A DNA stretch of 64,000 bases from a virus. The stretch is taken from IMG/VR virus record IMGVR_UViG_3300032092_000021, positions 11,392 through 75,391 of that record. One strand, 5' to 3'. Below, in pieces: positions 46,914 to 59,100 of the stretch; position 1 is the stretch's first letter; the number at the start of each line of letters is the position of its first letter. The position numbers and the translations under genes are program-made. The notes under the pieces were generated by a model. That model was not told the DNA's origin and searched no databases. It was given only the letters and a program-made list of their open reading frames with translations.

Positions 46914-49900
46914 ATGAGCCAGTATATACAAGGTGTTGTTGATTATATTCCGATGATTCAACCGTTTCAGCCGGACTTTAATCTTTTTCAGAATGTACTA
47001 CAAACGAAAGATGCTCAATACAAAGCTGGTTACGATAAACTTAGTACTCTATATGGCACTTTGTTAAACTCTCCTATGTCCAGGGAGGATAATATTGAGC
47101 TAAGAAATAAGTTTTTTAATGATATCTCATCTCAGATTCAAAAGATATCATCGCTAGATCTTTCTAAATCACAGAATGTTGATGCGGCGTATAAAGTATT
47201 TCAACCCTTGATTGACAATGACTATATCCTAAAGGATATGAGTTATACCAAGACCGCTTATGATCAAATGCAGTATGGCGAATCTCTTAAAAACTGTACA
47301 GATCCTAAAAAATGTCCTGGTCAATACTGGGATGGTGGTATTGAACTGATACAGTATGATGTAAATAACTTTAAAACCGCTCCTAGAGAAAAGACTTTGA
47401 ATATGCGAAACCCACGTTTCGTACCCAAAGTAAACTTAACTAAGCAAGCTTTAGACTATGCCAAGGAGATGAACTTTAAAATTACACTCCCTGAACATAG
47501 TCCTGACGGTAGATATATAGTTCATACAACCAATGGTCCTAATATGATCCCTGGTTTGACTGAAACATTTATGTCAGTGTTTGGTAATGATCCTGCAGCT
47601 GCTGATTATTATTCAGCACTAAGCGAGTTAAATAGAAATAAGTTCATTAATGATGAAGCAAATATTCAAGAGTACGGATCTAAGGACGCTGCGGAAATAT
47701 ACTATCTCGATGATGCGCACAGGAAGATAGTTGAGATGACCGAATCTCAGTTAGCTGAAGCTAGAAGACAAGAGACACTAGCATCTGGTAGAAAAGCTGT
47801 TACAGATAATATTATCATCAATAAGGGTGTAGATCCAAACGATCCTGAGGATCGAGAGGTAATTAAAGATAGATACCAAAGTATGGTTGACCAGATGATC
47901 TCTGGTTCAAATGCTGAGGTTCATGAGACTGATTTAAATAACATTACCGGTGACGGTTATGAAACACTTGATATAGACTCTAAGCGCTACAGAATAGATA
48001 ACGTTGCCGCAAGAGGTTTGATGCAAAATGATTTGTATCAAGCTGCGTCTTCGTATGCTATGCAGACAATGGATGTTAAGACAGAAGTAGATCAATATGC
48101 TTTAAAACAATTTGATCATGCTTTAGATGTAGCTCGTATGGGTTTGCAGCAGCAGTATGCCAAAGACTTAGACGACTATAAAACAGCAAATCAAAAAGAA
48201 TTATACAAATATCAAAAAGGTTTAGATCTTTTAAAGGAGACTTTTCCTAATAAGAAAAGAAACGGAGCTTTACCGGATGGTTCTAATCCTTTTAATCCGG
48301 GATATGAATCTTTACCCGCTACACCAGGTGGTAGTGTTTTAGATCCTAATCTAAGAGGGTCAGATCAAAAACAAATTGTTTCAGCTACTGAAAAAGCAAA
48401 AGCAGCAGCGGAACAAGTTATTGTAAAAGGATACGAAGAGTTAACTGCTATTATAAATACACCCATTGGTAAAAAAACTCCAGGTGGTCTTGTAATGACT
48501 CAAGACGTTAAAAATTATTACATTGCAAAAAGAGATGAGATTTTTGGTAAATCTGTAACAACTACTGGGACTTATGATAAAAATAAGTTTCCATCTATGA
48601 CAGATGCCGCAAGAGCAGTTGGAAAAGAACCTAGTCTTTTAGATAGAGGTTATACTTATGTAAGTGACTTGTGGAATGACTTTACTAGTTTATTCAGTGA
48701 TGACGAAACAGCGTATACAAAAACTTCTGGCGGTTATTTAAATAATAACAATCAACTAGAGCAAGGTTTTACGGGACGTGCTGAATATAGCGATCCTAAA
48801 TCTCCAAACTATTGGCAGAACACTGCGGATAGAGTAACCAACTTTTTTAGCAATGACGTAACAGGAAAATATGCTATTAACAGAAATGTAGAACGTGGTA
48901 AAGAAGCGGGAGTATTAGCAGCAGAAATTCAATATAATGTATCAAAACTTAACTATGATAATTTCATAAAAGCTCAAGCGAATAACAACGCTATTGTTCA
49001 TAAGCTAGTTATGAGTACAGCTGCTAAAGACGCTGTGTTTGATGAAATGAGTTCTTACAATGCTCCTACATCAGGTTCTGATTCTGGTTTGTGGGCACGT
49101 TTTGCTGGTGTTGATGCACCAGCTGCAATTAAAGATCATACAAAAGAATCTCTTTCCAGGATGCATATAAATGGTCGTGTAATGACACTTCCTGAATTTA
49201 AACAAGTTTATGCAAATAGTCCCGAAGCTAAAAGAGTAGCAGAAAGAGTTATGCAAGAATACTATCAAACTCAGCCTGGTGACCAAGGTGCCTTTGGTAG
49301 ATACAGTTATCAGTCTGGTGTTGAAAGATTGTTGGAGACAATGAATGACGACGCTGAAGATATTTATGAAGAATATATGGATCAGTTTAATATGATCTAT
49401 AATCAATCAAATGCTGCTGTTAATAAAGAAGCTGATAAAGCAGGGTTCAAACCTCTTTCTCAATTTTATCAAGTAAACGATGCTGGTGCTGGTGTTCAAT
49501 CAAATCCTGTTGTTGCTACTGTTGATCCTGCTTATCCCGGTGATATGCAAGCGATTGACTTTTTTGGTTTTAGTAATTTTATAAGATCTACTATGGGTAA
49601 AGAAACCGATGGTATTGAAGTATATAAAGGGCTAGGTGCAGATCTTACTGAAACAAGATATTTTACCGATGACGCTGATCCAGTTGATAACAAAGAAGGA
49701 GCGCTTACCGCTATTCAAGCACTTAGAACGCAATTACTTGAGGGTAGGGACGTAGAAGATAAAACTAGAGGAATCTTTGATTTTTATTTTCATCCTGTTA
49801 CTATGAATGACCAAAATAAAATGGCTTTTTCTTTTTCCTTTAGTCCTGAGTTTACAGATGCTCATTTGGGTAGCGGAGAAGCTGCCAAGTTTATGGGAAA

Positions 49901-50306
49901 AACAGATAGAGAATTTACGATTGTTGTTGATGCTGATAAAGTTCCAGAGGTTAAAAACTTAGAAATGGTCAGAAGATTAGAGCAAGGACCTTACACAATA
50001 GCAATGAGAGCTGACAACGAAATAAATCTTAATGATTTTTCTAAAGGTGGTAGCCTTACTATAAGACCAACAGCGGACGGTTCATATGTAGCTAGTGGTT
50101 TTTTAAATTATATAGATGAGGACACTTTTAAAGAAAGTCAATATCCTTATGTAGATTTTATGGGTCCTCAACAAAGTTTAGAAAACTTTGCTCAGCAGAA
50201 AAACAGCATGCTAGCAAACATACATATGCAGATGGTGAATGCTCAAGAGCAACTTAAAGCTATGAACCAGAACTTAATTCGTAATCCAGATGCTCTTAAT
50301 AACTAA
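46914..50306 (+). CDS. large putative ejection protein
   Basis: 1130 aa, helical N-half; first of the three giant genes that end in the RNAP. Confidence 0.55.
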   Translation: MSQYIQGVVDYIPMIQPFQPDFNLFQNVLQTKDAQYKAGYDKLSTLYGTLLNSPMSREDNIELRNKFFNDISSQIQKISSLDLSKSQNVDAAYKVFQPLIDNDYILKDMSYTKTAYDQMQYGESLKNCTDPKKCPGQYWDGGIELIQYDVNNFKTAPREKTLNMRNPRFVPKVNLTKQALDYAKEMNFKITLPEHSPDGRYIVHTTNGPNMIPGLTETFMSVFGNDPAAADYYSALSELNRNKFINDEANIQEYGSKDAAEIYYLDDAHRKIVEMTESQLAEARRQETLASGRKAVTDNIIINKGVDPNDPEDREVIKDRYQSMVDQMISGSNAEVHETDLNNITGDGYETLDIDSKRYRIDNVAARGLMQNDLYQAASSYAMQTMDVKTEVDQYALKQFDHALDVARMGLQQQYAKDLDDYKTANQKELYKYQKGLDLLKETFPNKKRNGALPDGSNPFNPGYESLPATPGGSVLDPNLRGSDQKQIVSATEKAKAAAEQVIVKGYEELTAIINTPIGKKTPGGLVMTQDVKNYYIAKRDEIFGKSVTTTGTYDKNKFPSMTDAARAVGKEPSLLDRGYTYVSDLWNDFTSLFSDDETAYTKTSGGYLNNNNQLEQGFTGRAEYSDPKSPNYWQNTADRVTNFFSNDVTGKYAINRNVERGKEAGVLAAEIQYNVSKLNYDNFIKAQANNNAIVHKLVMSTAAKDAVFDEMSSYNAPTSGSDSGLWARFAGVDAPAAIKDHTKESLSRMHINGRVMTLPEFKQVYANSPEAKRVAERVMQEYYQTQPGDQGAFGRYSYQSGVERLLETMNDDAEDIYEEYMDQFNMIYNQSNAAVNKEADKAGFKPLSQFYQVNDAGAGVQSNPVVATVDPAYPGDMQAIDFFGFSNFIRSTMGKETDGIEVYKGLGADLTETRYFTDDADPVDNKEGALTAIQALRTQLLEGRDVEDKTRGIFDFYFHPVTMNDQNKMAFSFSFSPEFTDAHLGSGEAAKFMGKTDREFTIVVDADKVPEVKNLEMVRRLEQGPYTIAMRADNEINLNDFSKGGSLTIRPTADGSYVASGFLNYIDEDTFKESQYPYVDFMGPQQSLENFAQQKNSMLANIHMQMVNAQEQLKAMNQNLIRNPDALNN

Positions 50307-50311
50307 AAGTT

Positions 50312-53300
50312 ATGGCGGAACCATTACCAAGACCTACAATACCGTTTACAAAAGAGTTTTCTCCATATGAGAATGCTAGTAAACCTGTAATATCTTCAGA
50401 AGATATACGTTCTAAGCTGCATCAGATTAATGATTACTTTGATAAAAACTTACCTTCTGTAATAGAGGGTATTAGTAAATATGAAGAAGACGTATTAAAC
50501 AAAGCTATTCTTGCTAAGAAGCCTTCTAGTTTTGATCAATACGCTAAGTTGCCTCAAGTCCAGAATGAGTCATCTGGTAATATTCTTACCGGACCGATAT
50601 CAGCAAAAGGTGTTTTAGACTTACCGACTTTTGATAAGGTTAATCAGATTGCTTCTCAAGCAAGATTTGAAGCTGAAGCTTCAAAGGATCCTTTTAAGTT
50701 TGCTAAACCTACATCCTTTAACGCTAGTATCTATGGTCACAACTATGACCGCTACTATAGTCATCCTAAATTTAAACAATTAGGTTTTGACTTTCGTAGA
50801 GATAATGAGTCTCTTTACAATGCGTCTTCTACATCGTTTGATGACTTTAGAAGAATGAGTTCTAAGCTTACCTCTAATATATTTTTAGCAGGTAACGACT
50901 CAGCTAAAAACTGGGGTAACTGGTTCTCTCTTACGGGAGATCCTAATAGTGCTGCACTTATGGAGCACAATATGGCATCAGGTGCTAGTAGCAAAGAAGG
51001 TGCGGGTGCTTGGGTAACAAACTTTGTAGGTAATCTGGGATATACTATAGGTACTATAGGTGAGATTTGGTTAGAAAACGCAGTAGTAGCGGCAGCAGCG
51101 GGTCTTACAAGAAATCCTACATTGATGGCAGCTGCGGGAGCAAAAACTGGTTTAGGTTTAGGTAAGTTAGCTAAGTCAATGAAAGTAATGGCTAAAACCT
51201 TAAACGATGTAAATAAAGCTAGACAGTTTAGAACAGCTGCATGGGGTGGTGTTAAAGGTGCAGCTCAAACTCTAAATCCATTTAGAGAGCTTACAGACCT
51301 AGGTATTAAAGCGGCAAACCCTAATAGTGCTTTTAATAGACTTAATGGTATGGCAAAAGCATCAAAAAGTTTTGGTGCTTTCTATAGAGGTTTGCGTGAG
51401 ATAAATGCAGTAACATCTGAGTCTAGATTAGAAGCTGCATTTGTTCAGAATAAAGTAGCTAACCAAGCTATAAATGCTTATTACAAAAAGAACGGTAAAC
51501 TTCCCGAGGGTGCTGCAGCAAACGATATTACAGAAAGATCTAAACTAGCGGGTGAAAGAACTTTTATAGCTAACGTTCCTGTTATCTATGGTAGTAACCA
51601 ATTAGTTTTAGGTACTTCTCTTAGAGGTTTTAGACCTGCATCTAAAATGATTTCAGCCAGTAATTTAAAAGGCACCTTCTTTAAAACAGTAAGGAACTTT
51701 GACTGGAAGAAAACAGGAAAGTCACCTATGGAAGTAGTAGCTAACACAGGTGCTGTTGCAAGTGCTTTTAAGTTTTTGGGTAACACCGTAAAGAAAGATT
51801 TCTGGAAAACAGTACCGTCTAAGTTAAAAGGAACCTGGGCAGGTAAACCTTTTAGTCAAGCATTAGGTAGTGGTATTAGATTCTTTAGTCAGAATCTTGC
51901 AGAAGGCTTACAAGAATCCTATCAAGAAGTTGTACAGTCTGCGGTAAGTGATTACTACTTAACTAATTACTTTGCAGATCTTTACAAAGATCCTATTCTA
52001 TCAGCTCAAAATAGTTGGGCAGCGTCTATTCAAAAAGGAGTGGGTGAGCAAATGAATGCTCAAGGTTTAGACACCTTTCTTCAAGGATTTTTAACAGGTG
52101 GTGTTGTAGGTCCTGTACAGACTAACATAATGAAATGGTTCCAGTCTGTAGACTTAAGGATGAAAGATTATAGGAATCCTGGTGAAAGAGAAAAGTTTAT
52201 AAACGACGAGAAAAAAAGACTTCAGCAATATGCTGATGCAGTAAACTCATATACTCAAGATCCAATTCTGTGGTCTAGATGGTTAAGTGAAAATGCTATA
52301 CAACAAAGAGACTTATCTGAAAAAGTAAACTTAGCAGAAGAAACAGGCAACAGAGCGGACGCTGAAGATGCTAAAGATGATTCCTTGTTTATGCACGTTG
52401 ATACATTGCTCAGAGCTGATAAGTTTAATGAGTTTATAGATCACATAGAAGGTCTTACTAGTCTTACTGACGATGAACTTAAGGACGCTTTTGAAAACTA
52501 TAATCTAGAAAGCACTGATCAAAACGAAAAGTCTTATAGAGAAAGATTAAATATTGCTATCGATAAAGCAAAAGAGATAAAGGCTAGAATAGATGAAACA
52601 AATAAAATTGAGAATATCTTCAACCCTGATTTGTTTGATCCTGCAGTAGATCCGGAAGCGTATCTAATGGAGCACATGGCGTATGACACTTTTGAGATAG
52701 CTAAACGTGCTATAGCGTTTAATGAATATACTTACAAGCGTACTGCTGATAGAATACAAAGTGTACTAAATAAGTCAGTTACTTCCGGACCACTTGGTTC
52801 TGCACTAGCTTCTGATTTCTCAATATTGTTTTCTCCTATAGGATTAAGTGATGAGACTTCAAAGGGTAAACTGTATCAGTTTGAGCAATTACTACAAGCC
52901 GAAATAAAATCCCTAAAAGTAGGTACACCTCAAGAGAAAAAGCTAGCTGAGTATAAAACACAACAGCTTGAAAAACTTAGAACGTTAAAGGCTTTCATAG
53001 TAAACTACAGAAAGAGTCGCATACTTGTAAATAAAGCTAAAGCAGCTGCACAAGATTACGCGTCCGCTCCTAAAGAAAGTCAAGAAGCATACGATTCTTT
53101 AAAAAAGATGGCTAATGTTCTTAATAAGAATTCTAAGTCTGGAACGATTGACGCTAATCTAGATGATCCTAATACACCTGTTGATGTTATTGTAGATGCG
53201 TTTATAAAAAATGAGTTATATGATGCATATAATGACTATGTAAAAGTCATTGCAAAATCTAATGATGCTACCCAGATAAAGAGTACAGTAGATAAATCAT

Positions 53301-56101
53301 TTAATGAGTTCCTTGATTACTTGCAACTTACTAGTGATCACCAACTTATGGGTGAGTTTATGACTGTACTAGCTGATCCGATGTCTGTGTATTCTATGGC
53401 ATCTAGATTATTCAATGCTCAAAAACTTATATCTGAAAAATCAGGTGAACTTCATAAGATGGGTCTTGAAGAATACATTTCAAAGATCGCAGCTCCTGAT
53501 GCTTTAATGCAAGGTCTGTTTGACATTGGAGTATACTTTGATCCTGACTTTATAGATGAGTTCTTAGGTGAGAATAAGATTCCACCATACTTTATAAGTG
53601 CAGCGGACGGATCTATTATACAAATGACTGACCCTAAGTACAATGAGATTGTAGATCTTATTGAGAAGTATGCTGCGCAAACAGGTAAGAAGTTCTCTGG
53701 TATGCCTGAGAAGTATGTTGCACCTGTAGCTAAAGAGACAGAAACACCACCGGTAACTAACGTTCCACCAGAAGATGACGAGAAAGAAACTGATGAAGAA
53801 GCTTCAGTAACAGATGCACTAACTGAACTAGCTCCTGAGTTAAGAGTGCAGTTGATAACTGCAGCTAAAGCTAAGGGTATAGATCCAGAAGAGTTTCTTC
53901 TGAATGACCCTGAAGCAGCTTTGATTATTGATAACTACAATAAGACTAAGTCTAGTTCTGTGGATATATCTTCTGTAACTGGAACTGTTACTCTTGAGAA
54001 CCCGATGTCTATTACACCTCAGATGATGCCGGGTATAGAGAATATACTACAAGCAAGTGCTGCAGAAGAATGGGTTGTAGACGAGTCGGATAAGAGATAC
54101 TATATAAGTAAAGATGGTACTAAGAGAGTACGCAGAGCTACATCACTAATAGACAAAGAGTTTACAGAGTCTACGAGATTAACAGCATATCAGAACAGAG
54201 GTAATGCTCTAGATGAACTGTTACGTATGTTCTTTGATCCTAAAGTAAAAGACGGTGTAATAACCGAGCTTGCGTTTAGAGATGTTATGATTAACATGTT
54301 TCAAGGTAAGAAAGCTGGGGTATATACTGAAGCTGCTATCAAGAATACAATTAAGAAATGGGTTAAAGATAATCTTAGTGAACAGAAAATGTTTGATGAG
54401 TTTGGTCTTAAACCTACAGAAGGTTTTTATACCGGTATTGTAAATACACTGTACGATCTGTCTTATAAGCTTGCAGATTTCAAGATTGTATCATCGTTGC
54501 CAACAATGTTTGGTATGTCTTCTACAGGTGAACTTGTTGGCGGTACTCTTGACCTTTTAGCTGAGTACAAAGATGGTACTCTGCACATTATAGATATAAA
54601 AACATACGCTAACGACAGGTCAGCTGATGAAACTAGAAACTCCGATAGAGTTCAACAGAACGTATATAGAGAAATTATAGAGGGTAACACTGATAGAAAG
54701 ATCTCTACTATGAACACAATTCAGATTAGGATTAACTTACAACAATCTGATAATCAGACAGTTACATCTGCAGAGCTTAGAAAAAATAAAGCGAACGGTA
54801 TACTTCACGACGTTAAAAAAGGAGAAGTCAAAGCTATACTTGAAGAAATAGAATCAGGTAAACCTGCTGAGACTGGTAAAGATTCTACAGATACTAGAAC
54901 TAACGAACAAAAAATTGCAGACTATAGAGCTGAAGAACAAAAAGAGTTAGCTAAAGCTATACCTGATATGGCTGTTAAGTATCCGGATACATATGGTGAA
55001 AAACAAGGTAGCATGCCAGATGATTTGTATACAATATATAAACGTATCTACGATAAGTATGATAAATTAATAAGAGCTGTTGGTCAACCAGCAGCTACTG
55101 CAGATGGTAAAGGTGCTCCTGAAGAGAAAGATATTAAGATGTTTGTACCTGGTAGGTTTGCAGGGAAACTTGTTTACATGACACCCGGGGCAGGTAAAAC
55201 AACAGCTGTACAGAAAGCTAAGAAAAAAGGTTTGAAGCTTGCTGATATGGATGACCTGTTAGTAGAAGCTATAAAAGCATCAGGTGTATCACTCAAGTCT
55301 TTAGGATTTGATGAAGTAAATAACGCTAACGTAGGTAAAGTTATTTACGAGATGTATGGTAAAGGAATGTCTAAAGAAGCTGACGGTGTCTATGATGCAG
55401 CATTTGCAAAGGCTCAAGATCTTATGAAGTCAGGATACACCGTACTTACTGGTAGTCAACGCTTTATAAGCAAAGCTGATGTTGTAGTTAGAACTGAAGA
55501 TAAAGGAAGACTTGCAGCTCAAATTTCTGCAAAGTCTGGTGAAACAGGTAGAGATGCAATTACAAAGATTCTTTCTGAAGAAGAAAAAGCGTTTGCAAAA
55601 ACTCCTGAAAAAGTAGAAGTTCTTGGGGAGACTCAGACTGCTGCTGATTTACTTTTGTCCGAATTAGAAAAAGAGGGAGACGTACCTTTCTCTGAGACTG
55701 CTGAGGTTACAAAAATGAAAGAAGCTAAATCTAAAATGGAACTTGATGCTACTCTTCAGTCTTATATGCTCAGAAAAGAACGTTACGCATATACTGGAAA
55801 AGATGGTGCCCGTAGAATTTACACACCGATGGAGATAGCAGCAATTGCAAAAGAACGCGCAAGTACATTAAAGTTAGGCTCAGATTTCTTAGATTATATA
55901 GACGACATTCTAGATTTAAAAAAGGGTCCTATATCTAAAGCTGAAGAGACTGCGATTAAAGAAAACATCGACTCAGCTGCAGAAGACACTCTAGACTCTA
56001 GTAAAGTTGACGATATAGCCAACGATGTTGCTAAAGGCAACAGTGACATAACTGATGATGATATTGACGGTTTAAATAATTGTGAAACTCCAGGGACATG
56101 A
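50312..56101 (+). CDS. giant putative ejection protein with hydrophobic helices, a PD-(D/E)XK-like domain and a P-loop domain
   Basis: Gly/Ala hydrophobic segments and EGLQESYQ; GTLDLL...IIDIKT...QQNVY at about 54540-54670; MTPGAGKTT at about 55178-55204. Confidence 0.6.
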   Translation: MAEPLPRPTIPFTKEFSPYENASKPVISSEDIRSKLHQINDYFDKNLPSVIEGISKYEEDVLNKAILAKKPSSFDQYAKLPQVQNESSGNILTGPISAKGVLDLPTFDKVNQIASQARFEAEASKDPFKFAKPTSFNASIYGHNYDRYYSHPKFKQLGFDFRRDNESLYNASSTSFDDFRRMSSKLTSNIFLAGNDSAKNWGNWFSLTGDPNSAALMEHNMASGASSKEGAGAWVTNFVGNLGYTIGTIGEIWLENAVVAAAAGLTRNPTLMAAAGAKTGLGLGKLAKSMKVMAKTLNDVNKARQFRTAAWGGVKGAAQTLNPFRELTDLGIKAANPNSAFNRLNGMAKASKSFGAFYRGLREINAVTSESRLEAAFVQNKVANQAINAYYKKNGKLPEGAAANDITERSKLAGERTFIANVPVIYGSNQLVLGTSLRGFRPASKMISASNLKGTFFKTVRNFDWKKTGKSPMEVVANTGAVASAFKFLGNTVKKDFWKTVPSKLKGTWAGKPFSQALGSGIRFFSQNLAEGLQESYQEVVQSAVSDYYLTNYFADLYKDPILSAQNSWAASIQKGVGEQMNAQGLDTFLQGFLTGGVVGPVQTNIMKWFQSVDLRMKDYRNPGEREKFINDEKKRLQQYADAVNSYTQDPILWSRWLSENAIQQRDLSEKVNLAEETGNRADAEDAKDDSLFMHVDTLLRADKFNEFIDHIEGLTSLTDDELKDAFENYNLESTDQNEKSYRERLNIAIDKAKEIKARIDETNKIENIFNPDLFDPAVDPEAYLMEHMAYDTFEIAKRAIAFNEYTYKRTADRIQSVLNKSVTSGPLGSALASDFSILFSPIGLSDETSKGKLYQFEQLLQAEIKSLKVGTPQEKKLAEYKTQQLEKLRTLKAFIVNYRKSRILVNKAKAAAQDYASAPKESQEAYDSLKKMANVLNKNSKSGTIDANLDDPNTPVDVIVDAFIKNELYDAYNDYVKVIAKSNDATQIKSTVDKSFNEFLDYLQLTSDHQLMGEFMTVLADPMSVYSMASRLFNAQKLISEKSGELHKMGLEEYISKIAAPDALMQGLFDIGVYFDPDFIDEFLGENKIPPYFISAADGSIIQMTDPKYNEIVDLIEKYAAQTGKKFSGMPEKYVAPVAKETETPPVTNVPPEDDEKETDEEASVTDALTELAPELRVQLITAAKAKGIDPEEFLLNDPEAALIIDNYNKTKSSSVDISSVTGTVTLENPMSITPQMMPGIENILQASAAEEWVVDESDKRYYISKDGTKRVRRATSLIDKEFTESTRLTAYQNRGNALDELLRMFFDPKVKDGVITELAFRDVMINMFQGKKAGVYTEAAIKNTIKKWVKDNLSEQKMFDEFGLKPTEGFYTGIVNTLYDLSYKLADFKIVSSLPTMFGMSSTGELVGGTLDLLAEYKDGTLHIIDIKTYANDRSADETRNSDRVQQNVYREIIEGNTDRKISTMNTIQIRINLQQSDNQTVTSAELRKNKANGILHDVKKGEVKAILEEIESGKPAETGKDSTDTRTNEQKIADYRAEEQKELAKAIPDMAVKYPDTYGEKQGSMPDDLYTIYKRIYDKYDKLIRAVGQPAATADGKGAPEEKDIKMFVPGRFAGKLVYMTPGAGKTTAVQKAKKKGLKLADMDDLLVEAIKASGVSLKSLGFDEVNNANVGKVIYEMYGKGMSKEADGVYDAAFAKAQDLMKSGYTVLTGSQRFISKADVVVRTEDKGRLAAQISAKSGETGRDAITKILSEEEKAFAKTPEKVEVLGETQTAADLLLSELEKEGDVPFSETAEVTKMKEAKSKMELDATLQSYMLRKERYAYTGKDGARRIYTPMEIAAIAKERASTLKLGSDFLDYIDDILDLKKGPISKAEETAIKENIDSAAEDTLDSSKVDDIANDVAKGNSDITDDDIDGLNNCETPGT

Positions 56102-59100
56102 GAATTTGTAATATAACCAGCAACCAGCAAGAGATACTACTTAAAATTATTGCGAAGAGACTTATAGATCTTGATGCTAAAAAACAACCTTTTGTTCTTA
56201 AGGACTACATGACTTCTTTGTACAAGTACCTTGATACTAAGGTAGGTGACAAAGATATGCTGATTGGTTATACAGCTTTTTCTCCGACACTGTTGTATCA
56301 ACTGGTTACTCAAAAACAATACGAATCTATTCTAGGTCCGTCTGCTGCTGAGATCTTTGATCTAAAGAAAACTTTTGCGTCTAGTCCATCTAAGGTATTT
56401 GAGTACTTCGGATTAAATTTATCTCCGCAACAGTATATAACTCAACAACTTAGAGACAATGAGATAATTAAACAGCAAGAAGCTTTAGAGGAAGCTCGTA
56501 TGAAAGAGCTTACTGCATTGTCTCTTGTATATAGATTCTCTGCTCGTCCTGATACACTGAATAGTACTACATTGGGTAATGACCCTGATGCTACCACTCC
56601 TGGTAACGCTTTTGTAGTTTCTGTTTTGAATGATTACATTTCTAGATACGGTGACTCAGGTATCGATGAGATATCTGATAGATATGCTCTTGTCCTAGTA
56701 AATGCTAAAGATTATCTGCGACCTCAAGATACTGTAGATGACTCTCTTAGAACCGGTCCAATTCTTATGATCAGTGACCCAAAGGGTAACATACTGTATT
56801 TCAATCAAGAAAAGTTATTAGGTGAAGGTGTTATCGAAGAAGTATCTGCCAATCAGGGGAGCCCTATTGTATTTAGACAAAGAAGAAATTTAGATAAAAT
56901 TCAGTCGCCAGAAGAGATTGCTAAGTCTGCTGGTATAACTACTGTAGAGGCAAAAGCTATTATAGACAGTCAGCTTGAAGAAGTCAATAAAAAGATCTAC
57001 CACGTTCTAAGTAACAAGGATGCTAAGATTCTCCATAGAATTAAATGGGGAAGTACCGGTAATCTTATTAAAAATGACTCTAATAGAAAACCTTTAAAGA
57101 ACAGTAAGCTAGACCCTGATGTATTTAGAATACTACCAGTTCTTTCTGAGGACAAGAAAAAGCCTACTATCCATTTACAGAGCTCTCACTTTGATGAGAT
57201 TATTCCTATTAGGGGTAACTACATCAATAATCCTAACACACCCGATATAAACATTGATCCGGGTTTGAGAGAAGCTATACTACAAGTTCTTCTTGGTAAT
57301 AACATCACAGTAGAAGGTGCAAGACTAGAAGGTAACAATCCTTCAGCTATTGCATTTAGATCTAGATTTGTAAACACTTATCTGGGTAATAATTATAACA
57401 TTATAATTAAAGAGGATACCGGTGAATTATATATTACCAAAGTAATTGACGGTAAAAAAACAACGTTTAAGATAACTAGGTATAATCCGTCTACAAAACA
57501 GTTTGAGTTTATAGGAGCTGCGTATAATAACAACAGCCTTCTATCTGACATATCTACTTTTACTATAAATGGTAAAGAGGCATTCCAGTCTCTCAACATT
57601 TTAGTTGATACTGAGAATACAAAACCTGTAGGTTATACTAGAGGTTCTAGCGGCGCTGTAAATTTAAAGGAGCTTACCAATAGAGAATACAAAACTCTTC
57701 TTATAAACAACGGTAACACTACTGTACAGTATAATGACGAGACCGGGGAGTATGAAAGAATGCACCCCTATTTTAAGTTTGCAGTAGATGCAGAAGACGT
57801 AACTAAGTTTTCTGATCAAGAAGTTACTACTGTCCTAGACGTAGAAGCTCCGTCGATTGAGATGATCTATGGAGAAGATCTAGAAGATGATCAGATAGAA
57901 GATATCCAGTTCCCGGATATAGATTCTTTCGATAAATTGCTTGGTCAGAAAGTAGCTCAAGCAACACCGGAGCAGATTAAAGCTGCTTACGATTGGTGGA
58001 AGAATCATCCAATGAGCTCAAAGATTCCTTTTAAAGCGGTCTTTGAGATATTTAATCCAAACAATGGTCGGTCAATTGCTACATTTAATAAGTACGGTAT
58101 TACGCTTTACAAAGGATCTGACTATTCAGATCTTTACCATGAAGCGTTTCACGCGTTTACTCAGATATTCCTAACGGATAATCAGAGACAAGATCTTTAC
58201 AAGAGTGTAAGAAGTCTCAAAGGTTCTACTACAGATTACTTAGGTAACAAGGTACCCTTTGCAGACATGGATAAAACGCAAGCTGAAGAATTCCTTGCTG
58301 AGAAGTTTAGAGAGTATATGCTCTCCGGCGGTAAGAAGTTTGGAGACAATACCCCTACTAAAGCTAAGTCAATCTTTAAGCTCATGTTCGACATACTTAA
58401 AGACATCTTTGGTTTTGCGAACATGGACATAGAAGATACTCTTGATAATTATCAAGCGAATGCTTTGATTAATGAGTACTTCTTTAATCTTAGAAAGGGT
58501 AACTTCTCTGATATAAATGCGGATCTATCTGAAGCTGAGGAGTTTAACAAACTTAGAGCAGTATCTGAAGATCAACAAGAGAAGGTAGATAAGCTAAGCT
58601 ATTCAGACTTGAAACTTTTGGTAGATACCATGAACAGCATGATGTCTACTATTATCAATAATAAAGATACCACCGGGACAGACCTGCGTTATAGCAGTAT
58701 TGTAACCGATGTAAATAAAAGAGTAGAGCTATACAACGAAGTTCTTGTAAGACTTGTAGAGAAAGCAAAAAGCATAGGTGAGCAGATTGAAGCGATAACA
58801 GATAAGACTGATATAAATAGAAAGAAGCTTATAAAGCTTTACAACATTCTTGCTATAGGTATAAACAACTACTCACCATCTCTAAAAGAGAATAACAAAG
58901 TCACAGTATCTGATGTACTGAATGGAGCAAATGCTGAGTCTACCGGTCTTATTGCATACCACATTGCTAAGTCTAAAGACTTCTTGGTAATTGATGATAC
59001 CTATAATGCTGAGGATGCATCTTCTACCGGAAAAGAGTATGTAAAGAATTCAGGAAATGAAATGTCAGCAAAAGACTTAGCGTCTGCAGATATTCACTTC

